From positions 1,488,001 to 1,552,000 of the forward strand of contig MU008163.1 in NCBI GenBank assembly GCA_010909165.1: 64,000 nt of DNA. Direction: 5' to 3'. Positions 23,206-37,321 of the stretch are shown here, piece by piece. The notes under the pieces were generated by a model. That model did no database searches and was not told the origin of the DNA. It saw only the letters and a program-made list of their open reading frames with translations. The translations under genes were made by a program, and so were the position numbers. Origin of the DNA: Anthoceros angustus (taxonomy: Eukaryota > Plantae > Anthocerotophyta). Numbering within the stretch: the stretch's first letter is position 1; each line of letters begins with the position of its first letter.

Positions 23206-24679
23206 ATGGCCACACCATTCGACGTGATCATTTTGGGCGCATCCGGGTACACTGGAAAATATGTGGTTCGTGAATTTCTGAAGTTCATTAATGGTGGGGG
23301 TGAGAAAGCGTTGAAGATAGCTATTGCTGGTCGAAATATAAACAAATTGCGCGAGTCATTGATTTGGGCTGGGAGTTCTTCATTGCTCTTTAGAATCCCA
23401 ATTTTCGAGGCTGATGTCGCCAATCCCGATTCAATTGCTTCTTTATGTGAGAAAACTAGATTAATAATATCATGTATTGGGCCTTACAGCAAGAATGGAG
23501 AATTAGTGGTAGCAACTTGTGTGCGAGCTGGTATAGATTATTTAGATATATGTGGGGAGCCCGAGTTTATGGAGAGAATGGAGATGAAGTATCACAAGCT
23601 AGCTGTGAAGAATAAGAGCTTGATTGTTTCTGCTTGTGGTATGGATTCCATTCCGGCTGAAATTGGAGTGCAACATAATATTAAGCAATTTGTGAAACGA
23701 GGCTGGATCGCAAATAGTGTGGACTCATATATTGTAAAAGGTTCTAACCCCATACTACCACGAAAAGGAGCTCTTATTAATTATGGGACTTATGCATCAC
23801 TTGTTTTGTCTCTTTCTAATGTTGAAAGTCTAATGACACTTAGGAAGAGTGTACCTAAGCGTATTCGACCAAAGGTAAGATTTACTTAGTTTATAAGTTT
23901 TTTTGGGTATGATTCCTGTTTGATATATACTTATATCGAAACATAATGTAACAAGTAATTAATAACATGTGTTGATGCAGATACCCGGAATGCCAGCTGC
24001 ACAACCAAGTTTAGTTAAATGGGAGCCTCTACTGAAATTGTATGCAATGAAACTCCCTACATCAGATTCAAGTGTGGTTCGTAGGACACAATCAACATGG
24101 GCAGCAAATTCCACCGGATTGCAATTACGAAATGATAAGAATATTGATATATCTTTAATCAAGGAAAGATGGGATTCAATAAAGGCAGCTCATTATGGAT
24201 GTTATCTCGCGTATGGAAGTGTATTTCCACTATTGTGCCTGAGCCTCTTGTTCAAAGTATGGTCTCATTTGGTAAAATATTCTTGGGGGAAAAAGCTTTT
24301 GTTGGATTACCCTGAATTATGTTCCTTTGGTCTTTTTTCAAAAGAAGGACCCTCCGAAGAAACAATTGAGAATGAGCACTTCACCATGTGGTTCGTCGGA
24401 AGAGGTTACGGGGATTCAAATGATATGTCAAAATTTGATAAAGCAATTGTGACTTGCATAAGAGGCCCGTGTATGGGTTACTTAACTACACCTATTTGTT
24501 TGGTTCAATCTGCCCTTACCATACTCCAAGAGAGACACACATTGCCCGTGGGAGGGGTCTACACCCCAGGCATTGCTTTTGCCACCAGCAGCCTACAACA
24601 TCGGTTGAAGTCAAATGGACTCCACCGTGAAGTTAAAGAAGTTATAGACATGACAAAACCTATCCAAAGTAGTCTTTGA
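23206..24679 (+). CDS. Saccharopine dehydrogenase-like oxidoreductase (SCCPDH family); exons 23206-23874 and 23981-24679, ~455 aa
   Basis: ILGASGYTGKYVVRE (Rossmann fold), AIAGRN, CIGPY, YLDICGEPEFMERME, SACGMDSIPAE, GGVYTPGIAF. In-phase GT-AG intron. Confidence 0.92.
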
Positions 24680-25224
24680 ATTCTTTTGTTCTGAAGCGTA
24701 ATGACGCTAGACATGATAACCTAGGGAGAAACCCATGAATCTATTCTAAGTTGTCCTTAAACTCTTTTATTTTGAAAAACATTAACACCACACATGACAT
24801 GATAGTCTAGAAAGAAACCCATAATCTAAATCATTGTCAAAACTGATTTTATGTGTAAGTTTAATTAAAAATATTTCAATCCCATGTGCACAATCTTCAC
24901 AGCAAAATTGATGGGATTCTGATGAAGCCCTAATCTGACAAGCCCACTCCATCAAGTCTTTGCTCCGCTACCTCTTTAATGACTCGTACATATATGTGCA
25001 TTGTTTTCAATGTTAATATGGAAAGTTGGAAATCTTGTAAAGGCAGATTGTTGTTGGGGAAGGTGGAGACTGGAGTTTGAGTGAAGCAGGTCATATGCAT
25101 GTCCTTGTCCAATACATTGTTCCAAAACAATGAGGGAGGGGATGGGTAGAGCAATGTGAGAAGGCCGAGAGGCTCGCGAGGGAAAGGGATAGTGAGAGGC
25201 TGGGTTTGAAGCGGGTGAAATAAG

Positions 25225-25310
25225 TAGGCGGAGGGAGAGGGAGGGAGAGGGAGGGAGAGGGAGAGGGGAGGAGAGGAGGGGAGGCAAGGGGAGGGAGAGA
25301 GAGGAGTGAG
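25225..25310. repeat. Purine (GGGAGAG-like) microsatellite
   Basis: Repeated gggagagggagggagag. Confidence 0.85.
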
Positions 25311-25754
25311 TGTTTGTTTCCTGGATGCTTCCCTTTTTTGGTGAATGTGTTGCAGAGCTTTATTACAGCTTAAAAAGAGGGCCCCTCCTAGGAGGAGGAA
25401 GGGTCAACAACCCACAAAAATAAGCTGCTTCTTCTAAGTGAGGAAGGATCCCCGCCTGGGGAGATGGACCTCTGGGCTAGCCAAATTCTTCAAGGAGTTG
25501 CAGGGGTGGGAGGAGGAGGGGCGGGTGATTGCGATGAGTAGGATAGCTAGGTGGTGGAGCTCGAGGTTTTGAATGCATAGTGGCACTCAAGTGGAAGGGG
25601 ATTGAGCACCGGGGGTGGCTTGCACAAGATCAGAATGCCTACATTCCCTACCATGCTGTGCACATTGTGGGCTCGTATTGCATGAACGTGGAGGCTTCGC
25701 GGAAAGAGTGGTGGCGACAGCTGTGGTGGCCTACTGTGCTGCATACATCATGAG

Positions 25755-25855
25755 AAGAATGTCATCCCTGCATGGAAAAGTGATGTTGATTAAAATTGTG
25801 GCTTGTCTACCATGAGCCATGCATCAGACAACAATGCAACCACCGCTGCAACCGG
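25755..25855 (+). pseudogene. Short decayed fragment of a ZNFX1-like NF-X1 region
   Basis: tccctgcatggaaaagtg and ccatgagccatgcatcagac..gctgcaac match 8825-8925 with an internal deletion; reads EECHPCMEK* versus [10 protein letters not shown]. Confidence 0.7.
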
Positions 25856-26429
25856 ATAGTGTATCATGAGATATGCCTACATTGATAAGAATATATATAA
25901 AAATTAAACCCTATACAAATGCTTTTAATGCAACCATCACTGCAATGGGATAGTGTATCATGAGATATGCCTACATTGATAAGAATATATATATAAATTA
26001 CACTCTATAAAAATTATTTTTTAACACATATTATAGCAAAAAAAATGACATTATCACCGAAAAATGATGCCTCTATTGTTATGTCTTTTAGGATATTCTT
26101 GCGTATTGTTGTGGTTTTCCAGCTTAGGTCTCGATGAACATAGCTCAGTTATGAGCTAATAATTTAGGGTTTCACTTTATAGCAATTGCTAATCCCAATA
26201 TATAGAGAATAAAATAAATTAATAAAAAATGATGATGAATTGACATAATGACAAGTATATAATATTTTCATACATATGTATGAAAAAATATGCCTGATAA
26301 TATCACTTCATTCCTTTTTTTAAATGTCGTGTTTACCAATGGGTCTTCATGTATCCTATAGGAGATGATTTATTGAGGTGAAAGAACGATGGAAAGAGAC
26401 CATCTAGGAAGGGACAACAAATGGGGACC

Positions 26430-27664
26430 CGGGGTGAGGAAGAGGAGCAACCAGCCCCTACCTAAAGTGACCAATCGCACTCCACAATGTCATATGTGTA
26501 GAATAAACGGCCCGCAAACCATGTAGAGGAAGAGGAAAAGGCATCACCCACCCGCCGCCTTTATGGAGAATCGCTGAGAGCCGCTGAAGAGCAATAGAAA
26601 CCCGTCAAGTATGCCGTGAAGTACGAGAGGGACAAATGCACTATGCCTCACAAGATGGTAAGCTTTGGCACAAGACTTGATGAATTTGTCAAAGTCCTCA
26701 CCATTGCCCCATACGCTTCTAGAGCAAGCGGATAAAGAGGTGGCCCGCTTGCATCCCGCTATACTTATGACCTTGAGAGTCCGACGGCAGCACTGACTTG
26801 GTGATGACTGAGCGAGGTGGCGCCACGCAGGTCGAACCACTACATCCGCCACCACAACCGTCGCCACGACAAGGTATAAGTCCGCCCGATTGAACGACTG
26901 TAAGAAGAGTATACTCCCGCCTCCTCCAGCCATATAGCCACTTTCGCGAAAGCAATGGCAAACATGACGCCACGGATGGCGCCATGAGTGGCAATGCGAT
27001 GACGTGGGGACAACGAGCAAGGTGGACACCGAGACGCCAAGAGCAGAGCCGCACTCACAAGTGAGGAGCGAAGAAGCCACAGGAGCCGAGTAGGCCGAGA
27101 CAATCGCATCGCAGAGTGAAGGTGGTTGGTGCGATGAAATCCTGATGCATGGGCGGGCCAAGCACCCGCCTCCTTCCTGCAACAAGAGCGAGCCGCCTAG
27201 TGGACCTGGAGATGGAGGGGTCCCGAGGATGATCAAAAGCTCGCCGAGCTTCGCCGAGCGTAGATGCCCGCAATCCCCTAAAGCCATCTGATAAATGTAG
27301 AGAAAGGAGGGAAGTCCTTCCGAGCATCCGCCGATAACATGTCTCCGGCCCGCCTCAAGGACGATTGAGAGAGAAGGTTCCCTCCACACTTGATACGAGA
27401 TCCTCGAGAAAGGGCTTGTCATGGAGGATGAAACGGAAGCCAAGGCAGGCAGAGGGCCCAACTCCCAAGAAAGCCGCCGGGAAGAGACCAAGGAGAGTAC
27501 CCCACGCCCAAATTGCACAGCAGTGATGCTTGCCGGGCCGCCTGTGGCACTCAAAAGCCCCGAGCCCAAGATGTCCCTAAGAGTATCCATAATCTGTGAT
27601 CAAACCCCTGAGCCGGGACAAAAGGACCGAGACGGAGGTCGAATGAGGTGTACCTGTGGCAGTG
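26430..27664 (-). mobile_element. 3' part of CRE-like non-LTR retrotransposon (CCHC-like finger and restriction-like endonuclease)
   Basis: ORF 26544-27590: FDHRLMDTLRDILG; QFGRGVLSLVSSR..LSWE; LTCECGS; THGAIRGVMFAIA (other frame); RADLYLV..VADVVV (RLE-like). Confidence 0.65.
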
Positions 27665-30600
27665 TGTGGCGGGACTTTGCCGATGGCCAGCCGCCAAGAC
27701 AATCCTGTCGTTGTAGGAAGAAGTCCCTCAAGGGAATGATAGCCTGCCACTGCGTGTGATTCTCGCCCCTTAGCGCCTGCTCGCCTCACACACATACTCC
27801 TAACTACTCACAACGTTTCACCGACAGTCCCGTATGGCTAAACGCTTAGGGACCCGTCTCAGACGTTGCTCACATACATCCTTCACGCATCCCCTTCTCT
27901 CTCCTCTCACGCTACACTCTTCGCCTTAGAAAGACGCTGGTTACGCACTGACCTCCGCTGCCTGGCCTCCCGCCCGGCTCTACACACCTCCCGAGTTCCT
28001 CCACGCTCCAAATTGCCGGTCGGCCTGACTGCTCCCGACGAGCACGGATCACCACCCTTCCCCGCACACACCACAACGCTAAGTCCGCCACCGGACCTTG
28101 ATCAATCTCCCGAGCTGCCGTGCTCGCCTGACTCAGACTCACGTTAGCAAGAAGACTCACAAAGGTCTCGCAAGAACGCGATCAACACCAAGAGAAAGAT
28201 GCTTTACTAGAGCAGCCTCTTATATCGCGCCAATTTTTACACCCCTATTCGAAATGATAGCCAGATACCCTAATCGCCGCCTACCATTATCCCCTATCTC
28301 CTTCACGATCGGGGAAGGTCCTGGCCCCGCCGAATGGGTGGTCCAACTCCGCCCCGACAGCTTGTGGTGCACCCAATCGGATGATCCGTGAGGCGGGCCC
28401 CTCCTCTCTAATCCCGCCGTTACCGCGGGTTCGACAACCGCCTACCACGACGCCATCCTCCTCGGCCTCCTCGGTCCTTCGCCGGGCCACCACCATCGGC
28501 CCCCTAGCGTAAGTCGGGGCTCCTCACCGGCCCCTCGAGGTCTGCCTGACCCGAACTCGTGAGTCCGCTTATTTCCGGGTCCGGCCAGGTCCGACCTTGT
28601 TCGGGTCCGACCTCGTGGTCCGGACGACACGGGTCCGACTCGTGGTCCTGATTCGGGTCCGACTCGTGGTCCGGACTTACCGAGGTCCGACTTCCCGGCC
28701 TCCTCCGGGGTCCGGACAAAGTCCGACTCACGCCCACCCGGGTTTCCTCCTCACGGACTCCTCCGTGGCTCTCCTCAAGTCCTCCACTGCTCCCGATCAA
28801 GTGACTTCGCTGGCCCCTCCTTCCATGGTGAGGTGCGGGTGCTTACCGCCGCATCCGCCGCCCTCGCTCGCCTCCGGTTGCTCCTCTCCGCCGCTCCCGT
28901 CATCTCCAAACAGGGCCACTAGGGTCCCTGTGCTGTCCCCGTGGCCTTCATCTCCTTCTGAGCCTTCCTGTGGGTCCGTCTGTTGCGCCGCCGAGAGGCT
29001 TCTATCGCCAGAGCTCGGTAATAGGCAAAGTCTGAATCGACTTGTTGAATTGCCTCTTCCACGTGTGCCCGGAGCACCCGATACTCCCTCCGCCATAAGT
29101 GTTCCGGAGTCGGGCGTCGCTTGTTGGGCCACCTCTCGCCAGATTTGTGAGCCGGGTCAGTATCACGCGAGGCTACAAGGGCGGCCTCGGTCACCTCCTC
29201 ACCGCCGTGCCCGCCCGCCCAGCTCCGCTTCCTTTCCATTGCCACCACCATAGCAGCGCTCCTTCCGCCTTTCTCACCGGACCAGCCTTTTCTCGCCTGC
29301 TCGGCCTCCGCTCATTCCGGCCTTTCCCGCCCCTCTCCAGGTCGACACCGTCCGACTCGACTTCCTCCAGCCTCCTTCAGAGCCCGGCAACGCCCAACTC
29401 CTTGGATAGTCGCCGATTTTCCTCCGTCGAGAGAGGCACTGCTTCGTGCTCGAGTCGTGATTCTCTGAGAATCACTGCCTCCGACGCATCTTGGAGTTGT
29501 AGCTCCGTCCTTGCCTCCATCCGCCTCCTTCTACCTCCTCGTGCACTGGAGATCCCCTATCTCCCGAGGCCGGCCCTTGCTCGCCCATAGCCTGCGGCGC
29601 CTTCGAGTTAGCCTCGTCACCGACTTTCCACCGGCCCGATCACGTCAGTAGTGATCCCGGTCGCTCTTGCCGCGCTCACCGCCTTTACTGGGCCTCGCCC
29701 ACTTGGCGCCGCTTAGCCGCCTCCGCCAGTCCCGAGCTCTCTGCTTGTGCCCGGCCTCTTCCGCCTCCCGCCTTCGCCCGCAAGGTCCTCCGCCCGGGCC
29801 TCGAGCTTGTTTCACTGTCAGACACAAGAACCTTGGCCCGAACCGCCTGGCCTCGGGCCCGCCACCCGGCGTTCCTTCCTCGATCCGAGCGAGGGACTCC
29901 GCCTTTTCCTTTGCCCCCTTCACTTGCTCTTGGAGTTCCACCATCCTCCTCGGGTGGCCTCCACTTCGGGTCTTCTCACGAGACCCCAAAGCATTCCGTC
30001 CATGACGAGCTGCCGTGTTTCTTCCACGGCACCGTGAGGCCCCCACAAAGTCCGTAGTGGGAGCCGGCTCGGTCCGCCAAGGACCTCCATACCGCATCCG
30101 AGTAAGTCCGGACCGGGTTCTCGGACCTAATCGGGACCCTCGGGTCCCGAGTGGTGAGGTCCGAGTCTCACCCTCTTGGCCCTCTTGGCCTCTAACTCCT
30201 TTGTGCCCTCTTTCTCCTGGGCTGAGGAGGTGAGGGGTCCGGAGCAAGCTCTTTGCCCCTTCCGCCGGAGGACTGGCTCGGGTGGGCCGCTGCTGACCTC
30301 GCCTCCTTGGGCCACGTCCCTTCTCGCCTCCGCCTCTTGACCCTGCAAGGTGGGTAAGGGTACCGCACCTTCGAGGTGCCGCGTGGTAGGCGGCACCGCC
30401 TTCCGCCTCGGCTCCCTGAGTTCGGCTCACCCGTGGTTGTTGGTCGTTGCTGCCGGTGCCGAGCCAACGCCTCCCAGATCGCCCTCCTCGCCGCTCGGGG
30501 GCACCAAAAGGAGGGAAGGGGAATCGCTCTCCAAACTTCGGGGTGGTGAGGGGTTCGCCCACGATGGAGTCCGGAATCCTCCCGCCTCCTCCCGAGTCCG

Positions 30601-31865
30601 CTTGGTCTCAAGGACGACCCCCACCTCGGGCGCCCTTGCACGCCTACTGGGGGCCTCCTCCCGAGCGCCGCTCAAGCTCTCCCTCCTTCAGAGCTCGAAA
30701 TGTCCCCATACATGAATCATGGGGTCACCGATGGCGGGCTTCGCTTAGCTTGCTCCCCGATCGAACCGGCGAAGATAATCCTTCCCACCGCCTCTTCCAC
30801 CGAGCGCATGTGAATACCAACAGTTATCACCAAGGTGATCCACCTTGGTGAGCGTTCCAATGGACAATGATCCGGCTACCTTACTCGACCGGCCCAGATC
30901 GGATATCAACCATCCGTTGGTTGTCCGCTGCCCAGCCTCAAGACGCCACCGTGTCGGCCCTATCTTCGCCTTAAGGGGCCCGCACCACTTCCTTGCGGTT
31001 GTAGGCCATCCTCGGGACCTCCAAGGTCCATCGCCTCGGTCCTCCCGGAGGTTCTTGGATCGGACCTCCTTGTTGATCGCCCGATCTTCGCAAACTCCGG
31101 ACTAGAGTGACGTCAAAGGTCCGACCATTTGGAACACGCCCGATGCCACTCCGCACCACCGCCTTTTCAAGTCCGGATAGCGGTCACAATGTTGCGCTCC
31201 ACGAGGGTCCATGGCTCCCATCACCGGGCTTTTGGGTGCCATTGCTTTCTCCTCCTCTTGTCGTAGGCTGGCCGAGTCCGGGCACGATGTTCCTCCTTCG
31301 CGTCACGCTCCAACCTTGACGGCGCCACGCTCTAAGCCGATGGCGCCCAAAAGAGGCCAGAGCCGGATTGCGGAGCGCAAGGGACCGTGAGGATTGTCTG
31401 AGGCTGAAATGACCTCCCTCCTTGGCCGCGCCAGGAAGTAAGCTGGAAGGCGCCTGTCCGTGAATCGCCAGGGGTCCGCATGGCTTACTCGACCCTACGC
31501 CTCCTTACGCCGCCACCGCGGGCGTGAATACCGCTATAACGGCCTGCAAGGTTACGGCCCGCCTCCGCATGCCCGACCTCCACTGGGGCCGTCCACGTGG
31601 CGCCGCCTGCCCGCCCTCACGCCTCCTCCTAGGTTACTTTCGGCGCATTTATCCTATTTTGACACGGTGGGTTCCGGACTTATCTTACTCGGCGTAGTCC
31701 GAGCTTGCATAGTGGTACTGTCCGTTGTTCACTCAGTCCGAGTATACTCCGAGCCTCGTCCAAGCGCTACCCCAATTTATTCCTCCTTTTCCGCCTTATT
31801 TATCCTTCAATCCTAAAAAAGAAACCCTACTTATTTCTAACTCCCGTGGAAGTGCATAGCCCACA
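27665..31865 (-). repeat. 3' LTR (~4.2 kb)
   Basis: Collinear with 37322-41458; both run tgtggcggg...tagcccaca on the plus strand. Confidence 0.88.
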
Positions 31866-31882
31866 TACTCCCTTCTCATCAC
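31866..31882 (-). promoter_or_regulatory. Polypurine tract
   Basis: Minus strand gatgagaagggagta, immediately before the 3' LTR TGTGGGC. Confidence 0.7.
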
Positions 31883-31897
31883 ATGCCTCCGCCAACA

Positions 31898-34800
31898 CTA
31901 AGCATGATACTTCTTCACCCGCCACCCGTTTACCCGAGTGGGCAACAGCTCTCCATCTAGCTGTCGTAGCTGGACGGACCCGTTGTCATATACTTGCACC
32001 ACTTGGTACGGACCCATCCATCTCAGGTGAAGTTTGCCTGGAAAATGCATGTGACGACTATCATAAAGGAGGGCCAGGTCCCCTTCCTTTACATACTCCT
32101 GATTCCGCAGTCGGCGATCGTGCCAAATCTTCCGCTGGTTTTGCACCAACTGCATCTTCAGCTGAGCTTCTTCCCTGTCCTCTGTGTGCTGCACAAACCC
32201 CAAGAGTCGCTCGAGCTGGCTTTCCTCTCCGCCGCCTCCCTTCCATCATTACTCAAAAGTGGGCACTTCAAACTCCACCGGCATTACGGAGAGTGTCCGT
32301 AGGTCAAGTAAGGGGTCCGTTGTGTGGTCACCTTCTTCAACGCCCACAGGCGGATGGCGCTTGGTATCCAGTCATGGGCGTAGTTCATCGTGAGTTTATT
32401 CAGATCCTGCATGAGCCCATTTGTCTTCTCTGTCCCCATTGGCCTTAGGATTGTAGGGTGCCGTCATGATGATTGATGCCGAAATATGGCGGCCACCACA
32501 TCATTAAGGAAATGGGTTCCCCTATCACTTACCAACCGGCGGACATCCGTCGGGTTATGATGTTCTCGCAGTGAATTTGGCCACGGTATTTTGCGAGTCC
32601 GTTCTTGTCGCCACCTCTACCCACCGGTGAGTCCGTGCCACCGGGATGTATCTCCTTTGTGTGTGTCTTGTCGAGGTGTATAGGTCCAACAAAGTCAATA
32701 CCCCACTTTTCGAAGGTGCGCCAATATCGGTACTAGCGGCCACCGTGTCGTGGGTTGGCTTTCCGATCCACAAGCATCACACTTCTAAACCGGGTGGGTG
32801 TCCCCATACATTGTTGGCCACCGATCCGCCCAAAATCTTTTTGGTGGTGACCTGTGCTGCGTAGTGTCCACCCCCCAATCCTTCGTGCATTCCCTTGACG
32901 ACCGCTCCTGTCTCTGCCGGTTGCAAGTACCTTCGTTCTACTCCGTCCGGCCCTAATTTGAACACACACCCGTTGTACATTCTGAAGGGTCGAGCATAGT
33001 GCACGAATGCCTCCCTCTGTCCACGAGTCAGATTTTCGGGAAGCTCCATTCCCCAGAGGTACCGCTCTATTTCTTCGAGGGTGGCGGCCCTCCCTTCTCC
33101 GCTCGCTAAGGCCGCCAGCTCGTAGCTTGGGGTTCGTCGGGGGCTCCTCCGGTTGTACTTTTACCGCGCAACCAATGTCTCATCCGGAACGCATCTTCCG
33201 ATCTCTCAACACCGCCTGTTTTCAATCGTGACAGAAATCGCATTTTGGTGCCGCCTCCCTTGTCTTGTTTCCACTTGAACGTGAACTCCTGCAGCAACAA
33301 TATCCACCTTGCTATCCGTCCCAGTCCGCCTTATTCACCGGATGCTTCAAAGTGGTCTACATAGAACACAAACTCACCGGGTAGTAGGTAGTGTCGAATT
33401 TCTTGACAAGATATACCATACCGGCTTGGCCTCAGTTGTGTATTTTCGTGGGGTGAGCATCGCGTAGTACGGATAATCCCCGCTTGTCGTCCTTCTCGCT
33501 CAGGACTACTCCGATAGCAAAAGCGGACACATCTACATACACATGAAATTTCTGCTCCAGTCCGGTCCTCTTAGAACCGGTGCGCTTACCAAGGTGTTCT
33601 GTAAATCCCGGAAGGCCTCCTCTCGCTCCTGTGACCAGGTCCAAACCTCCTCCTTCCGCAGTAGTTCTGTCAACTTAGCCGCCCTCTTCGCAAAGTCCTT
33701 AATAAACCGGCGGTAGTATCCCACCATTCCCAGGAAACCTCTCAGCTCCTTTAGGTTCGGGCCGTGGAGAGCGGATGACCGGACCTTGTCCCGGTCCACC
33801 TCGATTCCCCACACCGATGTCCCAAGATTCCCTCCGTCATTCCAAAGTAGCATTTCTCGGTGTAGGCTCAATTGAGTCTCCCAAGCACCTTCTTAGATGC
33901 CCAAGGTGTTTGTCCCGCCCCCATGCACACAAAAATCATCCAGAATATCTCCATGAAGTCCCTCGAAGTCACCAAGACGTTGGTCACCATACGCATGAAC
34001 GACTGGCGCTCCGGTCATCCCAAAGGCACTTCTCTTGTAGGCAAACGCACTCCGTAGTGAAGGTCGTCTTGTCCCACTCACTCCTTAGGTGCAATTGGTT
34101 ATATCCGAGTAGCCATCCAGGAAGGAGTAAGTAGTCCGTCCACCACCTTGTCCAAAATGTCTCACGAATGGCATCGGAAGTGGTCCTTCTCCGTTGAGCT
34201 TCCTCCAATCTTGGCATACCCGAATTTGCCCGGCTGTTTCTTGGGAACCACCACAATCGGCGCGACCCACTGCTGACGATGGGGAAATGATGTCGCCTCG
34301 GTACTTATCAAGGACCTCCTTCACCTTGATCGAATACTTGGGGTTGAGCTTGTATTGTCGGATTGACCGCACCGCTCGGCTTCAAATCGATCTTATGCTC
34401 CCCACTTCCCTTCATGTCCGTGACCTTGAACACCGCAAAACTCCCAGCTTTAGTCCTTCCTTCAGTCCGAGGCATGCCTTTCTTAAACTTGAATTTGCTC
34501 GGCACCTCCACTTCTTCCACGTCCCGGTTCACCGCCTCCTGCCTCGCCGCCCAAACCCCTCGTCCTCCTCTCGGGATCGTCCTCGCATCCCCATTCCTCA
34601 AGAGCTCGTCGGAGGTGAATCGTGTTACTCCTTCGATGTCCGCTTTTCCTTGGTCCGACTCTTGCCTCTCCCGGGTCCGGCCTCCTCTTCACTTCCTTCC
34701 TCCCCGTTGTGGCCACTCAAAACAATCAACCACTTCCGCCAAAGGCATCCCGGTAGTCCATCTCCTCCTCGGACCGGATCTTGGCGAAAGGCCTCCTCGG

Positions 34801-37100
34801 AACTATCTTGGCCGCTGGAGTCCTCACGAGGTATACCCTTGTAGTGCTCACAGTTTCCCACAATAGGTGTCCTTGCTCCGTGATAGCAACCCTCCCTTCT
34901 CGCACCTTAGGGTCCCACCACCTTGAAGTGAATCTCCTTCCTTCCAAAGTGTAGCGTCTGGCCAACCCACCCATGGCCCAAGAACACCTCATACCCTAAT
35001 GGTCCGGCCGGTTTGATCACAACAAAATCCGGTTTGTAGGGTGCGCTATGGTGGCCAAGACTCGGTTAACTCCCGGATCTCTTCTTGACATGTCCGCCAT
35101 TCTCGAGTCTTCGTTGAGGGTTCGGATGTGAAGCCCAATGTGCCGTGGCTTCGTGATGAGGTTGACTCGGACCCGTGTCCAACGGTACATCCTTGATGAT
35201 ACATCCAAATCTCCACTTGTACCATCGCCGGTCCGTATGGGACACCACCCTCACTTCCAGCTACCCTTCCCGGCTTTGGTGCTCCGAGGTTTTCCTAACG
35301 GCCCGACGGACCTCTTGCCGGATTTTATCCCTCAAAGGCCGAAAGGATTCGATTCATCATCGTCCACATTAAAGGGGCGAGGCTTCTACCCCAATCGAGG
35401 ATCCTGCTGCGTCCTCATCCTCTCCCGGTCACTGTGTTACGGTATTCTCCGGATGCTTGCGCATTTCCTCCCGCAACATCTCGGTCACCTCGGACTACGT
35501 CCGGTGGAAACGTCGCCGCCGCGGAGGCACCGTTCCCTTCTCCCTCCCACCGGAGAACTTCCTTCGGGTAATCCCTCCGGCAGGCCGCCTGCCCCAGCCC
35601 TCCTTCATCGCCTCTCGGTATTTCCGTTTGATTGCCTTCCTCGGCCCCGTGACGCCTCCCTTGTTCTTCTTCACGGCCTTTCCGCTCCTTCCTTCCACGA
35701 GTAGACACCTCCAAGATTTCCACCCGACTCCCTTCCTTCGACCCCCACCGTACCTTCTTGTTCTTTTCCATCTCGCACTGGGAATCTCTTCCCACTCCGC
35801 CAACCGAGCATCTGCCAGGGTAATGCCTCTTAGGAGGTGGCGTTGGTGGTCGGGGTTCTCCGCTTGGTGTGGCATATCGCACGCCTTGTGCGGGACATAG
35901 CATAGCGTCATGCCCGCCGCGTCCACACACCGCTCAAGTCCCCATTACCCCGCCTCTGGAGTACGGACACGTTGGAGTAATGGCGATTCCCAGCCCCACT
36001 ACTGCGGAGGATACGAAGGGCTCCCATGCTGCATCGGTGGGGCCCGTTGTATTGACGGACCTCCGGTGACGGATACATGGTTTTGGGATATCGCGGCCCG
36101 GAGGGGCTTCACTGATAGGCCTCTTCCCATTGCTCCTCGGCCTCCTCGTATTCGTAGTCCACTTGATGCACCGGCCAGGAGGCGCTTGGACGAATGGCCG
36201 TGTTGGCACACGGCACACCAGATGCGTCGCACTGTAGTCGGTGTTTTCCGCCTCGGTCCTTAACCGTTTATCGCCGGTCCTCTACTCTCTTTATCACTTT
36301 TTCCACTGCCACTCCTTTGAGGGAGTCGGGTCCGTGGAGCTTCTCGGACCGGCCGGTGTCACCACCTCCTTCTTACCCGCTTCTTTTAGCCGGGCTTCTT
36401 GCTCTTCTTCTTGCGGGATACTCTTCCTCGCTAGAGACCTCCGTCTCTTCTTGGACGAGCTCCTCCTCCAAGACACCTCCGATTGGTCTTCCTCCTCCTC
36501 TCAAGACTCTTCCTCCTGAGTCTCGAACCCCGCTTCTTCTTCTTCTTGCCTCCTTGAGCGGATTTCTTTATCCTCGATGTAGCGATTCCTCGTAGTTTTG
36601 CCGCTCGACCGCCTTGCCCACGTCCTTCTCGGCGCAGCGCGTGCCATGGGTTTGGCTAGACCGGCGCGAACCACCGCACCGCTTGCATCGTGGTATGGGT
36701 TGGATGCCGATCCTCGGGCATAGAACCTCGATGTCGAGCCCAGCTTCTCCTTCTTCCCTCGCATTTTCCAACTTTGATAATACATACCCCTCTGGTCGAT
36801 CCTCGAAACCGTTCTAAGAAGGCATTTTCAAAGCTTCAAACGAGGCGGGTGGGGCATTCTCCTGGTCGGTACTTTCTCCGATACCATTGAGCGCCCCCTG
36901 AGAACCCCTTGGAAAAGCCGGATGATGAGCCGCTCCTCTCCGCTGAAGTTGGCTTTGGACATGAAGTCCTCCACAAAGGTCTCGCATCCCGCTCCTTCTT
37001 CCCTCCGAATATGGAGTACGCTTGTTTGGTCGAGGTAGGGGCCATGGCTGCCGCCATGGGTTAGGCGTGGGTCTACCTTCTTCCTCGCGTCCTCGCACTC
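31898..37100 (-). pseudogene. gag-pol polyprotein (frameshifted)
   Basis: CGRGGHDAMLC (knuckle); DVPLDTG (protease); QYKLNPKYSIKVKE, IRVCQDWRKLN, YSFLDGY, ILDDF (RT); FHVYVDVSAFAIGVVL (RNase H); GGGHYAAQVTTKKIL (integrase); RWMGPYQV (GPY/F). No chromodomain. Confidence 0.92.
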
Positions 37101-37302
37101 GTCTTGGTCCGACACCGACCACGTTCTCCCTCCTCCGATCGACGGTGCTCTCGTTGGGTTTGACGCTCTCCTCTCCCGGCTCGGAGAGCACGCGAGGTGA
37201 CCACGTCCGATCCTCCCGACGTTCACTCTTGACCGCCGCCGACCGCCACGCATTCACTTACCTTCTCTCCTAAGGACGCACTTTGCGCACCACGACGATT
37301 TC

Positions 37303-37318
37303 ATTCCCGAACGCGCCA
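37303..37318 (-). promoter_or_regulatory. Primer-binding-site-like motif
   Basis: Minus strand: LTR end ...CCACA, TTT, then TGGCGCGTTCGGGAAT. The cognate tRNA was not identified. Confidence 0.6.
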
Positions 37319-37321
37319 AAA

